Shown: one piece after another, positions 1-9,400 of the stretch
Position numbering within the stretch: the first letter of the stretch is position 1
How the letters are laid out: the number at the start of each line of letters is the position of its first letter
Assembly (NCBI GenBank): GCA_037441285.1
Contig: JBBISL010000019.1
Span: 1-38,953, forward strand
Length of the DNA stretch: 38,953 bases
Direction: 5' to 3'
Source: a candidate division WOR-3 bacterium
Lineage (GTDB): Bacteria; Hydrothermota; Tepidihabitantia; Tepidihabitantales; Tepidihabitantaceae
Made by a program: the position numbers and the translations under genes
Notes under the pieces: generated by a model
Told to the model about the DNA's origin: nothing
Databases searched by the model: none
The model's input: the letters and a program-made list of their open reading frames with translations, nothing else

Positions 1-2
1 GG

Positions 3-776
3 GTGAGTGTCATCGGTACATATCCGGTGGATTCAATCGCTTTTCTTGATGATGGAACGAATAATCGGGCGCACTGGGCGTATCGAGGTTCTCATTACCG
101 AATAGTCTGGGAAGAAAAAGGGAGCAGCAGAACTGCCCGAGTTTACGATATTGATAATGATATCGAAGTACCGTACCGATTTATGCGCTTCCGGCGCGAT
201 GTTGATTCAGCAGATGGCTGGTGTTTTCAGACGGCGAACAGCGCGGCTGACACGATGGCGATTGGGCAGACACTCTATATGTCAATCTGCGGTGCTCAGT
301 TGATGTTCCGACCTCGTTCTGGTAGTCCTGTTTTGCAGTTGCCGGACCCGGGAGACACCTGGATTGTATTCACTAAACCTCTATCTCCGGCACCTTATGC
401 CGCTCGATTCCGTATATCATTTACCCCAGCATCTACAGATGAACAAGCCCAAAAGTTGCAGGTGAAGGTCGTACCCAATCCTTATCTCGTACGGAATGAA
501 TGGGAAAGGCACAGAGACTTTCGTAAGTTAAAGTTCATAAATCTACCAGCGCGGTGTAAGATATACATCTACAATCTTGCCGGCGACCTTGTTAAGGTTC
601 TCACCCATTATGAAACCAGGCCCGAAATAGGTGGTGTTCCAGGACGTTTTGGGGGCGACGAAGACTGGGATTTACTTAATGAAGCGCACCAGAAACCTGC
701 CCCCGGCGTGTACATCTTTTATGTCGAATCCGAGGATGGTAGGTCGCAGACTGGTAAGTTTGTTTTGATTTACTAA
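3..776 (+). CDS. C-terminal part of a large secreted protein with a T9SS-like C-terminal sorting domain (5' end outside the window)
   Basis: Frame is open from the window edge. Ends in VKVVPNPY...FINLP..CKIYIYNLAGDLVK...WDL.N....APGVYIFYVES...GKFVLIY, the typical CTD pattern of proteins encoded upstream of porV-like genes. Confidence 0.75.
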   Translation: MSVIGTYPVDSIAFLDDGTNNRAHWAYRGSHYRIVWEEKGSSRTARVYDIDNDIEVPYRFMRFRRDVDSADGWCFQTANSAADTMAIGQTLYMSICGAQLMFRPRSGSPVLQLPDPGDTWIVFTKPLSPAPYAARFRISFTPASTDEQAQKLQVKVVPNPYLVRNEWERHRDFRKLKFINLPARCKIYIYNLAGDLVKVLTHYETRPEIGGVPGRFGGDEDWDLLNEAHQKPAPGVYIFYVESEDGRSQTGKFVLIY

Positions 777-786
777 GGAGGCTGAT

Positions 787-1815
787 ATGGAACTCGGGAA
801 AAAATTAACAGTTATCACGCTCGTCTTTGTCGTTGTTGCTCCTGCCTTCGCTGCCTTCACCAAAGTCGGTATGGCGGGATTACCCTTTTTAAAAATTGGC
901 GTTGGTCGAGGGCCTGGAATGGGAGAAGCATTTGTGGCGATTGCGAATGATGCTTCAGCCACTTACTGGAATCCGGCGGGTTTAGCGCTTGTACCCAACC
1001 GTCAGTTGGTTTTGAATCACATAGACTGGATTAACGACATCAGCCACGAGTTCATTGCTGCGGTTGTGCCGTCAAATCTGGGGAGTTTTGGTATTTCAGT
1101 TACAGCGCTTTCACTGGGTCAGTTCGAGGAAACAACGGTTGACGAGTATCAGGGTACGGGTAAGACCTTTACCGGTGCGGACCTGGCAGCAGGAATTTCT
1201 TATGCTCGAATGTTTACGGATAAACTGTGCTTCGGGTTAACCGCTAAATTCGTCTCGGAGAAAATCTGGAATGTCGGAACAAGCGGAGTCGCGTTTGATT
1301 TCGGAGTACACTATAACACCGGCTGGCGGAATTTGCGAATGGGGATGGTGATTGCCAATTTTGGTCCAGACTTGCACTATTCAGGCAGTCAACTCAACTT
1401 TACCTATGACCCAGACTGGGAATGGCCCTGGACCAGAGAGCCGATACCGGCGACCTATCTTACCGAAACCTTCCCGTTGCCAGTTTTATTCCGTCTGGGA
1501 CTCGCCTACGACATCTTTAGCAGCGACGCCAGCACATTGACCGCGGCAGTTGATTTAAACCATTTCAACGATGTGAACGAAAAGGTAAATATTGGACTGG
1601 AATACCGAGCTGGTGCCTTCGCACTACGAGGCGGATATATACTCAACACCGATGTCAACTACGCAGCAGACCTTTGCTGGGAAACCGGAATTTCGTTTGG
1701 AGCCGGATTCCGGGTTAAGCCAAGTTCCAACCTTGCTCTTGGGCTGGATTACGGGTATCGGAATCTTGGAAGATTAGGAATGTCCCATCGGTTGACACTC
1801 GGGGTGGATTTTTAA
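787..1815 (+). CDS. PorV/PorQ (FadL-like, UPF0164) outer-membrane beta-barrel
   Basis: AAGGAGG RBS, signal peptide ending AFA, FLKIGVG.RG.GMGEAFVAIANDASATYWNPAGLA motif, alternating beta-strands, C-terminal Phe. Confidence 0.85.
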   Translation: MELGKKLTVITLVFVVVAPAFAAFTKVGMAGLPFLKIGVGRGPGMGEAFVAIANDASATYWNPAGLALVPNRQLVLNHIDWINDISHEFIAAVVPSNLGSFGISVTALSLGQFEETTVDEYQGTGKTFTGADLAAGISYARMFTDKLCFGLTAKFVSEKIWNVGTSGVAFDFGVHYNTGWRNLRMGMVIANFGPDLHYSGSQLNFTYDPDWEWPWTREPIPATYLTETFPLPVLFRLGLAYDIFSSDASTLTAAVDLNHFNDVNEKVNIGLEYRAGAFALRGGYILNTDVNYAADLCWETGISFGAGFRVKPSSNLALGLDYGYRNLGRLGMSHRLTLGVDF

Positions 1816-1882
1816 TCGGACGCACGAACGAATTTTAGGGTTTTAACAAGTCTGTTTTAACGTCGTCAGTCAGGAGGTAAAT

Positions 1883-3382
1883 ATGTATTTAGCGATGTGG
1901 TGCATATTGGCATTGGTCTCGGACCTAACACCGGGAAAAAATGTTTTAGCAATTGAGAATCGCCGCGCATTACAGCATTTTCTTCCTGGTCCAGGACATT
2001 TACTATGGTCATTCCAGGGTGTTGATGATGTAGAGTGCGTTGCACCATTCTGGGATGTAGATGGTGATAGTGTGAATGATATTCTTGCCGAATCTTTCGA
2101 TGCTGGTGCCAGCGGTATCGCACACTTCTTCTGTCTTTCCGGTGCATCAGGTGATACAGTCTGGGCGGTATGGCCCACAGGTGGTGTTAGTAACAGTGGT
2201 GGTTGGGGAGACCAGTGCGTTACAGCGGCGCCGGATTTAAATGGTGATGGTTTGGGTGATGCGCTGTTGGGTACGGCTTGGGGCGGTAGAACAGTTTTCG
2301 CAATCAGCGGTAGAGATGGTGCGACTCTCTGGTCGTATGATACCTATCAAGACTCAATTGCGTCAGGGTGGGTTTATAGCGTTGCGCCATTGCCCGATGT
2401 TGACGGCGATTCTATTTACGAGGTTTTAGCCGGTACCGGTACTTATTGCCAGACCGTTTTTTGCTTCTCGGGAGCCACTGGAACAATCCTCTGGCGGTTC
2501 TATGCCGACGACGCGATTGGTTCGGTGTGTGCCATTCGGGATGTGAATGGCGATGGATATGCCGATGCGGTTGCTGGTGCCTGGGGTAACAGCCGCGACC
2601 GTCATGTGTATTGCATCAGTGGCAATAGTCGTGGTAATCAACCCCAGGTTCTCTGGTCTTACCTTGCCGCCGGTGATGTTTATTGTGTGCGTACCATTCC
2701 CGATGTAAATCACAACGGCGTCGATGATGTTGTTGCTTCCACCTGGGGTAATTATGTGTATTGCCTCGAGGGGAGCACAGGGCAGTTAATCTGGTCCACC
2801 AATATCGGTAATTATGGTATGAGGATTGAGCTACTGGGCGATATCAACGGCGATTCGGTTCCGGAGGTGATTGTCGGCTCCTGGAATCCCGCGGTGATAG
2901 TGCTTGATGGACGAAGTGGAACACAGCTGTGGCGCACATCAGTGGGTGATGATGTCTGGACCGTTTACCCTATTGGTGATGTCAACAGCGACGGTATTCC
3001 GGATGTGGTTGGTGGTTCTGGTGATGGTAATGTTTATTGTTTAAGTGGCAGGGATGGGATGGTAATCTGGAACTATGCAACCGGGGGCTGGGTAAATTCA
3101 GTGCGGAGTATCGCTGATGTTAATGGTGATATGCGGGACGATGTCATCGCCGGTAATCAGTATCGGGAATCGCCTGGTTATGTTTACTGTATTGAGGGCG
3201 ATAGTGTGGTATTAGCGGTAAATGAGTTAGAGTCATCAATAAAGCTAACAATTGAACGGGGGCAAGGAACAATTTATGACCTTACGGGCAGGCGGGCGAA
3301 TAAATTGCATCCCGGGGTTTATTTTATGATATCTCGTGAAAGGGGAAGAACCGTCCGGCAAAAGTTGTTGTTACGGCAATGA
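1883..3382 (+). CDS. Secreted FG-GAP/VCBS-PQQ-type repeat beta-propeller protein with a short T9SS-like CTD
   Basis: AGGAGGT RBS. About eight D(V/L/I)NGDG..D-type repeats alternate with VYCLSG..G..LW. C-terminus IYDLTGR...PGVYF...QKLLLRQ. Confidence 0.8.
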   Translation: MYLAMWCILALVSDLTPGKNVLAIENRRALQHFLPGPGHLLWSFQGVDDVECVAPFWDVDGDSVNDILAESFDAGASGIAHFFCLSGASGDTVWAVWPTGGVSNSGGWGDQCVTAAPDLNGDGLGDALLGTAWGGRTVFAISGRDGATLWSYDTYQDSIASGWVYSVAPLPDVDGDSIYEVLAGTGTYCQTVFCFSGATGTILWRFYADDAIGSVCAIRDVNGDGYADAVAGAWGNSRDRHVYCISGNSRGNQPQVLWSYLAAGDVYCVRTIPDVNHNGVDDVVASTWGNYVYCLEGSTGQLIWSTNIGNYGMRIELLGDINGDSVPEVIVGSWNPAVIVLDGRSGTQLWRTSVGDDVWTVYPIGDVNSDGIPDVVGGSGDGNVYCLSGRDGMVIWNYATGGWVNSVRSIADVNGDMRDDVIAGNQYRESPGYVYCIEGDSVVLAVNELESSIKLTIERGQGTIYDLTGRRANKLHPGVYFMISRERGRTVRQKLLLRQ

Positions 3383-5730
3383 GCCGTCCTGTTCGAATTG
3401 CCGTTGACAGCACCGTTAACTTCGGTCCGGAAGAAGAGGCACAACTGGGTATTGAAGTTCTACCGATTATTCATATTACCGGTTTACCCCAAGAGACGGA
3501 AAGTCACCTGAAACAGGGAGATTACCAGGCTCTGTATCAGTTAATTTCTGCCCGGCAAAGTCGGCGGCTTGTTCTGGGCACGCATGCGGGCAGTCCCTGG
3601 GAGATAAAGCAGATTCTTGAATCGGTAATTCGGAAGTATGATTGTGACCTGGTCTGTTTTGTTGTAAGCGGTCAACTTTCTGGTGTGTACGACAACACCC
3701 GACAGGCGGCACAGGAGTTGAGTCGAAAGTATCCCAACCGGATTGTCGTTTTTGGGGAACAGGCGTTTATTACATTGAGTATTTTAGCACGAACTGCGGC
3801 GTCGTACGCGATGAAAGGCAAAAGCATTGATGAAGTCCTGGAATTTGTTGAGGATAAACTTGGCAAGGGTTTTGTCTGCGGTTGTTTACTTGATGTACGG
3901 CGGTTACGACGCTCGGGTCGTGTGCCAATTCCGGCTTTACTTACTACGATCGCGCAGCCATTTTTGAAAATTTTCCGGTTGCTGCCGTTCTTTATCCTTG
4001 AAGGCGAAAAACCCCGGACCATGGCATTGGTGCGAAAAAGCCAGTTTGAAAGGTTTGTCCTGAACACAATTCGACAGCGGGTGGGATTTCAGGAGCCAAT
4101 AGTTGCCCAGGTTTCCTGGACCGGTTCTGAGGTTATGCCCGATGCCGAACGGTTAAGAAAGATTATCGAGCGCCAATCGGAGTTTGCTTTGGCTGAGCCG
4201 GTTTTGTTTCAACCGGCGAGTCCGGTAATCGGGGTCCATGCCGGCGCGGCGCTTGTGGCGTTTGGGGTCCTTGGGTTAGGTTACGAGACGATTTCCCCCT
4301 CGGTGTTTTTACACTTCCTTAACGAAGCCCAAAAAGAACTTAAAATCTTTCAACGAACGGTGAATGCAATAAATGTGTTCCCGGTTAGAGATGGGGATAC
4401 CGGTTCCAATTTGCTATCTCCGCTTACCGGTGCGGGAGTGAATATTGATGCTTCTCTACCATTTGGGCAGATGCTAAAACAGGTTGCGATTCGAATTGCT
4501 CGAAAGGGGGGCGGTTATTCAGGCGGAGCAATTGCCGCCTACTTTCTGGGATTGAGTGAATATGTAGAGAGACATAACCCGGGCTCAGATTTAACAGTTG
4601 AAACTCTGGTTAAAGCCTTAAAGGCGGGTACGGACCGATGCTACGGTTATTTTGGTTCTGAAGCGAAAGAAGGGACAATTCTTTCCGTAATGCGGGCTTG
4701 CGACCGGGCAGCACAAACGGCGTTTGAACAGAGACCCACACTGCGCAATGTCCTGACCAGTGCTTATTTTGCAGCGACCGAAGAACTGTTAAATCCCCGA
4801 GTGCAGGAGGTTGACATTTTGCGGCAGGAACGGCTGGTTGATGCGGGTGGATTTGGATTCACACTAATTCTCTGGGCGCTGTTGCGCACCCTGGGTATTG
4901 CTCGAGACCCGAGGTTGAAGGCGCGTTATCAGCTGGTGTTAAAAGAGGTCCGGCGCCATGGGGAATTAGCACAGCGGCTCATTTATCGGCATCAACCACC
5001 TGAGTTGCGCGGTTTCTGTGTCGAAGGTTGTGTTCAGGGTGAGGTCGCTGAGGAGTTAAATAAAGCGTTCCTTATGCTAAATAACCGCTTGCCCAATCCC
5101 AAGATAACCTTTAATGTGGTGGATGGGACAACCCATTTCCATATCCATGTATCCGAGGGTCTGGAGCAGGAGGTGCTGCGGATTGCTTCACGATTTGGTT
5201 ATGCGGTGCCGCCCAAACCGCCAACCCGACTGGCAAAACGGAAAAGAGAGATTTATCGTTTTCGTTTTGCCCGGATTTTCAACTGGGCAAGAAAAATTCC
5301 AGGGTATGTCGTGCGCTTCTTTGCTAACTGGGTTGCCTATGCGGTGCTGTTTCCCATAATGTGGTACCGTGCCCATCACCGTTATCAAACTCTCCAGCGG
5401 GAGGTGGAAAGGTTGCGTTTGATTCAGCGGGCATTTGAAAGTTATATCCGCACCGGTGCGGGCTCGCTCCTTGTTCTTGATTCCCAGGGCACGGTGATTT
5501 TTGCTTCTGAATGGGTTTACGGGAGATTGGCGTCGGAGGTAACCAGTCTTGAAAAGTTTTTTCCTGCTGAAGTAGCACGACTCCTGCGTGAAAAAACCGA
5601 AGAGGCAATCAGTCAGCGGCGTGCAGAATTTGAGTTGAACATTGGGCAATTCTGGTTCGATGTTAAGGCATTGAGGAGCGCTGGGCTACACGGGTTTCTT
5701 GTTCGTTACGGTCAAATTCATAAAATATGA
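3379..5730 (+). CDS. Fatty acid kinase fusion: DegV/FakB + DAK2/FakA + membrane segment + PAS-like tail
   Basis: DegV motifs IAVDST, SGQLSGVY, LRRSGR, SPVIGVHAG. FakA motifs NAINVFPVRDGDTGSN, EGTILSV, VDAGGFG, FCVE...HIHV. ATGA overlap with the upstream gene. Confidence 0.8.
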   Translation: MSRPVRIAVDSTVNFGPEEEAQLGIEVLPIIHITGLPQETESHLKQGDYQALYQLISARQSRRLVLGTHAGSPWEIKQILESVIRKYDCDLVCFVVSGQLSGVYDNTRQAAQELSRKYPNRIVVFGEQAFITLSILARTAASYAMKGKSIDEVLEFVEDKLGKGFVCGCLLDVRRLRRSGRVPIPALLTTIAQPFLKIFRLLPFFILEGEKPRTMALVRKSQFERFVLNTIRQRVGFQEPIVAQVSWTGSEVMPDAERLRKIIERQSEFALAEPVLFQPASPVIGVHAGAALVAFGVLGLGYETISPSVFLHFLNEAQKELKIFQRTVNAINVFPVRDGDTGSNLLSPLTGAGVNIDASLPFGQMLKQVAIRIARKGGGYSGGAIAAYFLGLSEYVERHNPGSDLTVETLVKALKAGTDRCYGYFGSEAKEGTILSVMRACDRAAQTAFEQRPTLRNVLTSAYFAATEELLNPRVQEVDILRQERLVDAGGFGFTLILWALLRTLGIARDPRLKARYQLVLKEVRRHGELAQRLIYRHQPPELRGFCVEGCVQGEVAEELNKAFLMLNNRLPNPKITFNVVDGTTHFHIHVSEGLEQEVLRIASRFGYAVPPKPPTRLAKRKREIYRFRFARIFNWARKIPGYVVRFFANWVAYAVLFPIMWYRAHHRYQTLQREVERLRLIQRAFESYIRTGAGSLLVLDSQGTVIFASEWVYGRLASEVTSLEKFFPAEVARLLREKTEEAISQRRAEFELNIGQFWFDVKALRSAGLHGFLVRYGQIHKI

Positions 5731-6380
5731 AACTACTCTTTTCCGGATTGGCGCTATTAGCCGGCTACTTTTTGGGTTCAATACCGTTCTCCTGGCTTCT
5801 GGTTCGAGCGTGGCGAGGAATTGATATGCGTCATTTTGGCAGCCGCACCGTTTCCGGAACGATGGTTGGTTTTCTTGTGTCCAAACCGGCAGCGGTGCTG
5901 GTTGGCATCCTTGATATCCTTAAGGCGTTCGTTCCGGTTTTTGTCGGTAGAGTTCTCCTACCCAATTCACCCTTGCCACTACTTATTGCTATTGGAGCGT
6001 TTCTCGGACACACCTGGCCCGTGTGGCTTGGTTTTCAAGGGGGGAGGGGTGTGAGTGTGATTCTTGGTTCTTTGCTGCCGATTTTCCCGATTGGTACTTT
6101 GTGGATTTTAATCGCGTTAGGGTTAGGGAAAATTTTGCGAGCCGGTGCGATAATGGTTCTTATCTTTCTTGCCCTTTTACCTGTTCTGGCGTCTTTGTTT
6201 CACAAACCAACAGAAGTTACCGTTTTTTGTTTGCTTCTTTTCTTACTTACGGTGGTTAAACGGCTGGAGGCAAACCGTGAGCCATTACCGGCAAAAGGGA
6301 AGTTTACCGTATTGATGCGCCGGTTGCTGCTCGACCGGGACATCACCGATTATCAAGCGTGGATTTCGCGCAGACCTTAA
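5727..6380 (+). CDS. plsY: PlsY-family acyltransferase paralog with non-canonical motifs
   Basis: GYFLGSIPF, DILKA, GHTWPVWLGFQGGRGV and several TM helices. ATGA overlap with the Fak fusion. Confidence 0.75.
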   Translation: MKLLFSGLALLAGYFLGSIPFSWLLVRAWRGIDMRHFGSRTVSGTMVGFLVSKPAAVLVGILDILKAFVPVFVGRVLLPNSPLPLLIAIGAFLGHTWPVWLGFQGGRGVSVILGSLLPIFPIGTLWILIALGLGKILRAGAIMVLIFLALLPVLASLFHKPTEVTVFCLLLFLLTVVKRLEANREPLPAKGKFTVLMRRLLLDRDITDYQAWISRRP

Positions 6381-6411
6381 CATATTCAACTCATTATTTC
6401 CCAACTTAAAA

Positions 6412-6448
6412 TCAAAGAAAAAGGGGCGGGGGATTTCCCCGCCCCTTT
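6412..6448 (-). terminator. Intrinsic terminator of the C25 gene (possibly bidirectional)
   Basis: 12-bp perfect stem AAAGGGGCGGGG/CCCCGCCCCTTT (6420-6448) with a 5-nt loop and a T-rich tail on the - strand, lying between convergent genes. Confidence 0.85.
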
Positions 6449-6464
6449 ACGCTAACTTCTTGAT

Positions 6465-9400
6465 TTAACGGGTGATAACCGTTTTCACCTTGGTTGAGGA
6501 TTCTGGTGTCTGCAGGCGGATGAAGTAAACGCCATTACTGAGTTTTTTACCCGCATTATCGGTGCCATTCCACATTGCAGAGTAGTTGCCCGGTGCCATT
6601 TTCCCGGAGGCGATTGTTTTGACCGCCCTGCCGGTCGCATCAAACACCGTTAGGTCAACATATCCTTCTCTGGCAATTAGCCAGTGGATTGAAGTTGTTC
6701 GATGGAACAGGCTGGGGGCAACAGCGAGAATTCTACCATTGCTGAGAAGTTTTGCGCCGTACTCTTCACTGACTCCGGTTGGCAGGTCGGTGGAGAATTT
6801 AATCGCATGGGCAGGAACCCAGGGTGATGCTGCGCGGTGGTAACTGCCATCAAACAGTGTCTGGATGTACTTGGTTCTTGTTGGGTCCTGGACGCCCACG
6901 GTTGCAGAATTTCCGGGCTGATTTGCGGTGAGGTACTGGAAAACAAAACGGCAGTTACCATCTTCAGCAGCAACAGTCGTGTCGTAAAGGATAATCTGAA
7001 ACTTATCCCATTGTTCACGGGGGTTATAGTAGTGGACCGAGTCCCATTCAATGATAAATCGGTGGTTGGCGGAATCGTGATAGTACCAGACGCTGTTGCC
7101 AGTTGGCGGGTACAGGTCGTCCCAGTTGGCGGCAAGCAGCGGTGGCATTGAAGTGTTGGGTAAAGAGGTGTTGATATAGGTTGTAACCGTTGTATAGCCC
7201 GGTGCAATCCAGCCGTTGGAACAGACCGAAATCTGAGTGTATGACTGGCCATAGAAGATGAAAGGACCGAATGCCGGAGGTAGATTTACCTGAACGGTCT
7301 GGTCGTCACTTAAAGTCAACCGTGTACCAAGGTTTCTGATTTCCACCCAGTTGAACTCAGGATGCGGAGGATAAAGCGTGTCCACTTCATCGTATGCCCA
7401 GTAGAGGGGCGGGTTGCTGTTGTCCGGAATCGGGTCGATTGACCGAATTTCGCCGACGACAATTGTGAAGGTTGCCTGACTGAAATAACCGTTGTCGGCA
7501 TAGATGTTAAGGGTACAGGAGATTGGGGTTTCCGGTAAAATCGATGGGTCGGCGGTGATGGTGAAGTGGTCAGAATAGTTTGTGAGTGAAGAGTCAACGA
7601 GGATTGTACCGTAGAGCGCCAGTGAGTCCGGCACGGTTAGCCTTGAATCACCCGAACGGAGCACCGCACGAACATTGTAAGCATTGCCCAAGCCCGTGTT
7701 GGCAAGGGTAACTTCGAGGTCAGCAGTTTCTCCGGGGTCAAGCCTGCCATTAGGTTGACTTCCCATAGAGTCCTTAACCGTTTTCGCAACAAAGCCGATT
7801 GCCGGTGCGCCAACATAGAATGTAACATATGAGACCCAGGTTGAGTCAAGGGCATCCTTACAGATTAGTGAGCAGGGGATGGCATAACCATTGGGCAGAC
7901 CCTGGGCAACAGTCATTGCGAACCCCTGGCTGTTTAATGCTGAGTCGCCTGCCGGGATGTTGCCATAGGTTTTAACTGAGTCGGTGATGGTTACACCAGC
8001 AGTGTGGGTGCGGAGGCGAGCGGTAACATTGTTTGCCTGCTGGGTGCCGTAGTTCTTGAGCCAGGTGGGGATTCGGAACGATTCGCCGGGATTGATGATG
8101 CCGTCACCATTGCCACCGGGTGCGGAGTCGTTAATTGAGTGGCGGAGATAGGCAACATAGCGACCAGAAGACATTACAACAATTGAGTCAAGATAAGGGA
8201 TGTTGTTGGCACCGGTAATCGCCACCTGTAAAAATCCCGGAGTTGCACAGGAGACAAGAAGGGTAACCTGACCTGAAGCATCGGTGAAGCCCCGGACAAA
8301 GGTTTCGCCCGGTTTCTGAAGAACAACCATTGCCGATTCCACTGGTGCGAAGCCCGGGTTCTGAACGGTGATTGTGACGGGAATGTTGTTGCCGATGTTG
8401 ATGGCACCGGGTTTGGTTACCTGGGCAATGAAGGGTTTTGCCGACCAGATGGGTGTTGCCGGTTCACCAAACAGGGTACGTTCCATAATCTCCATCCGGT
8501 ACTTCTGGGAGTCAAGGATAACCGGTACCCAGTAGTCCCGACCGTAGGAAAGCATCTCACCCTGATGAACTTTCCGGCTGGTCCGGAAGTTCAAAAATCC
8601 ATAGCCGATGGCATAGTTAAGTTTTTCGGCAACATCGACCCAGCCTGATTCGTAATTCATCATTACGCCGATAAATCCGTTGGGAGCATGGTTGAACATA
8701 TTTTCCGCGATGCAGTCGCCGTTGGTTGAACCCTGGTCCCACTGGCCCACATTGCAGCAGACCGCGGTAATGCAGTTGAGGCGGTTGGTATTGGTGAGGC
8801 CGAGCATCATTTGCGAAGTAACATCGCCACCAAGCTGATAATGGTCCGGACTACCGTGGGCAATGACCGAGTTGAAGGTGTAGCCGGAGTTCAAAGAGTC
8901 ACAATAGCGTTGCGGCGTGGGCGAAACCATTCCGCCTGAGTAGTACATTTTCAGGTCAAACCAGGGCGGAGAGGGTGAGGCATTGGCGATTGAGTCGTTG
9001 TAGTTGTTGGAAAATGACACGCCATTCGGGAGCAGTATTTTGTGCCACCATTCGCCCGTGGTGTCGGGTGCGGTTTCGTAGCGGAAGATTTTGCTGCGCA
9101 CATTGGCGATTTCGGAGAACTGATTCAGGGTCATCATCCCAACATGGACATCAGCGTAACCATCAACCGAGTCGGCATTCTCGCCAAAGATGTTGTTGTT
9201 GTTTCGGTCCCAGGTTCCATCGAGGTCGGAGAAGTACATATCCGAGGCAAAGTAATAGCCGTAGACATAACAGGTGCGATAGTAGTTCGCCGGATAGTCG
9301 GGCCGGGCGATAAACACATAGATAACGCCCCAGGTGGTGTCGGCATCTTTGATAAAGTTGCGCATCTTTTCTGCATTGTCTCTGCCCGGGTAGGTGCTGC

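Noticed and set aside
2000..3200. Periodic sequence as a CRISPR array or DNA tandem repeat
   Set aside because: The periodicity is at protein level (FG-GAP-like blades) with degenerate codons.
6677..7252. Alternative-frame ORFs 6677-7252 and 35397-35714 with identical N-termini
   Set aside because: They are by-products of the 300-bp repeat within the C25 genes and have no independent coding evidence.
6972..7271. Repeat pair as a diversity-generating retroelement TR/VR
   Set aside because: The copies are identical with no adenine-specific mismatches, both are coding, and no reverse transcriptase is in the window.
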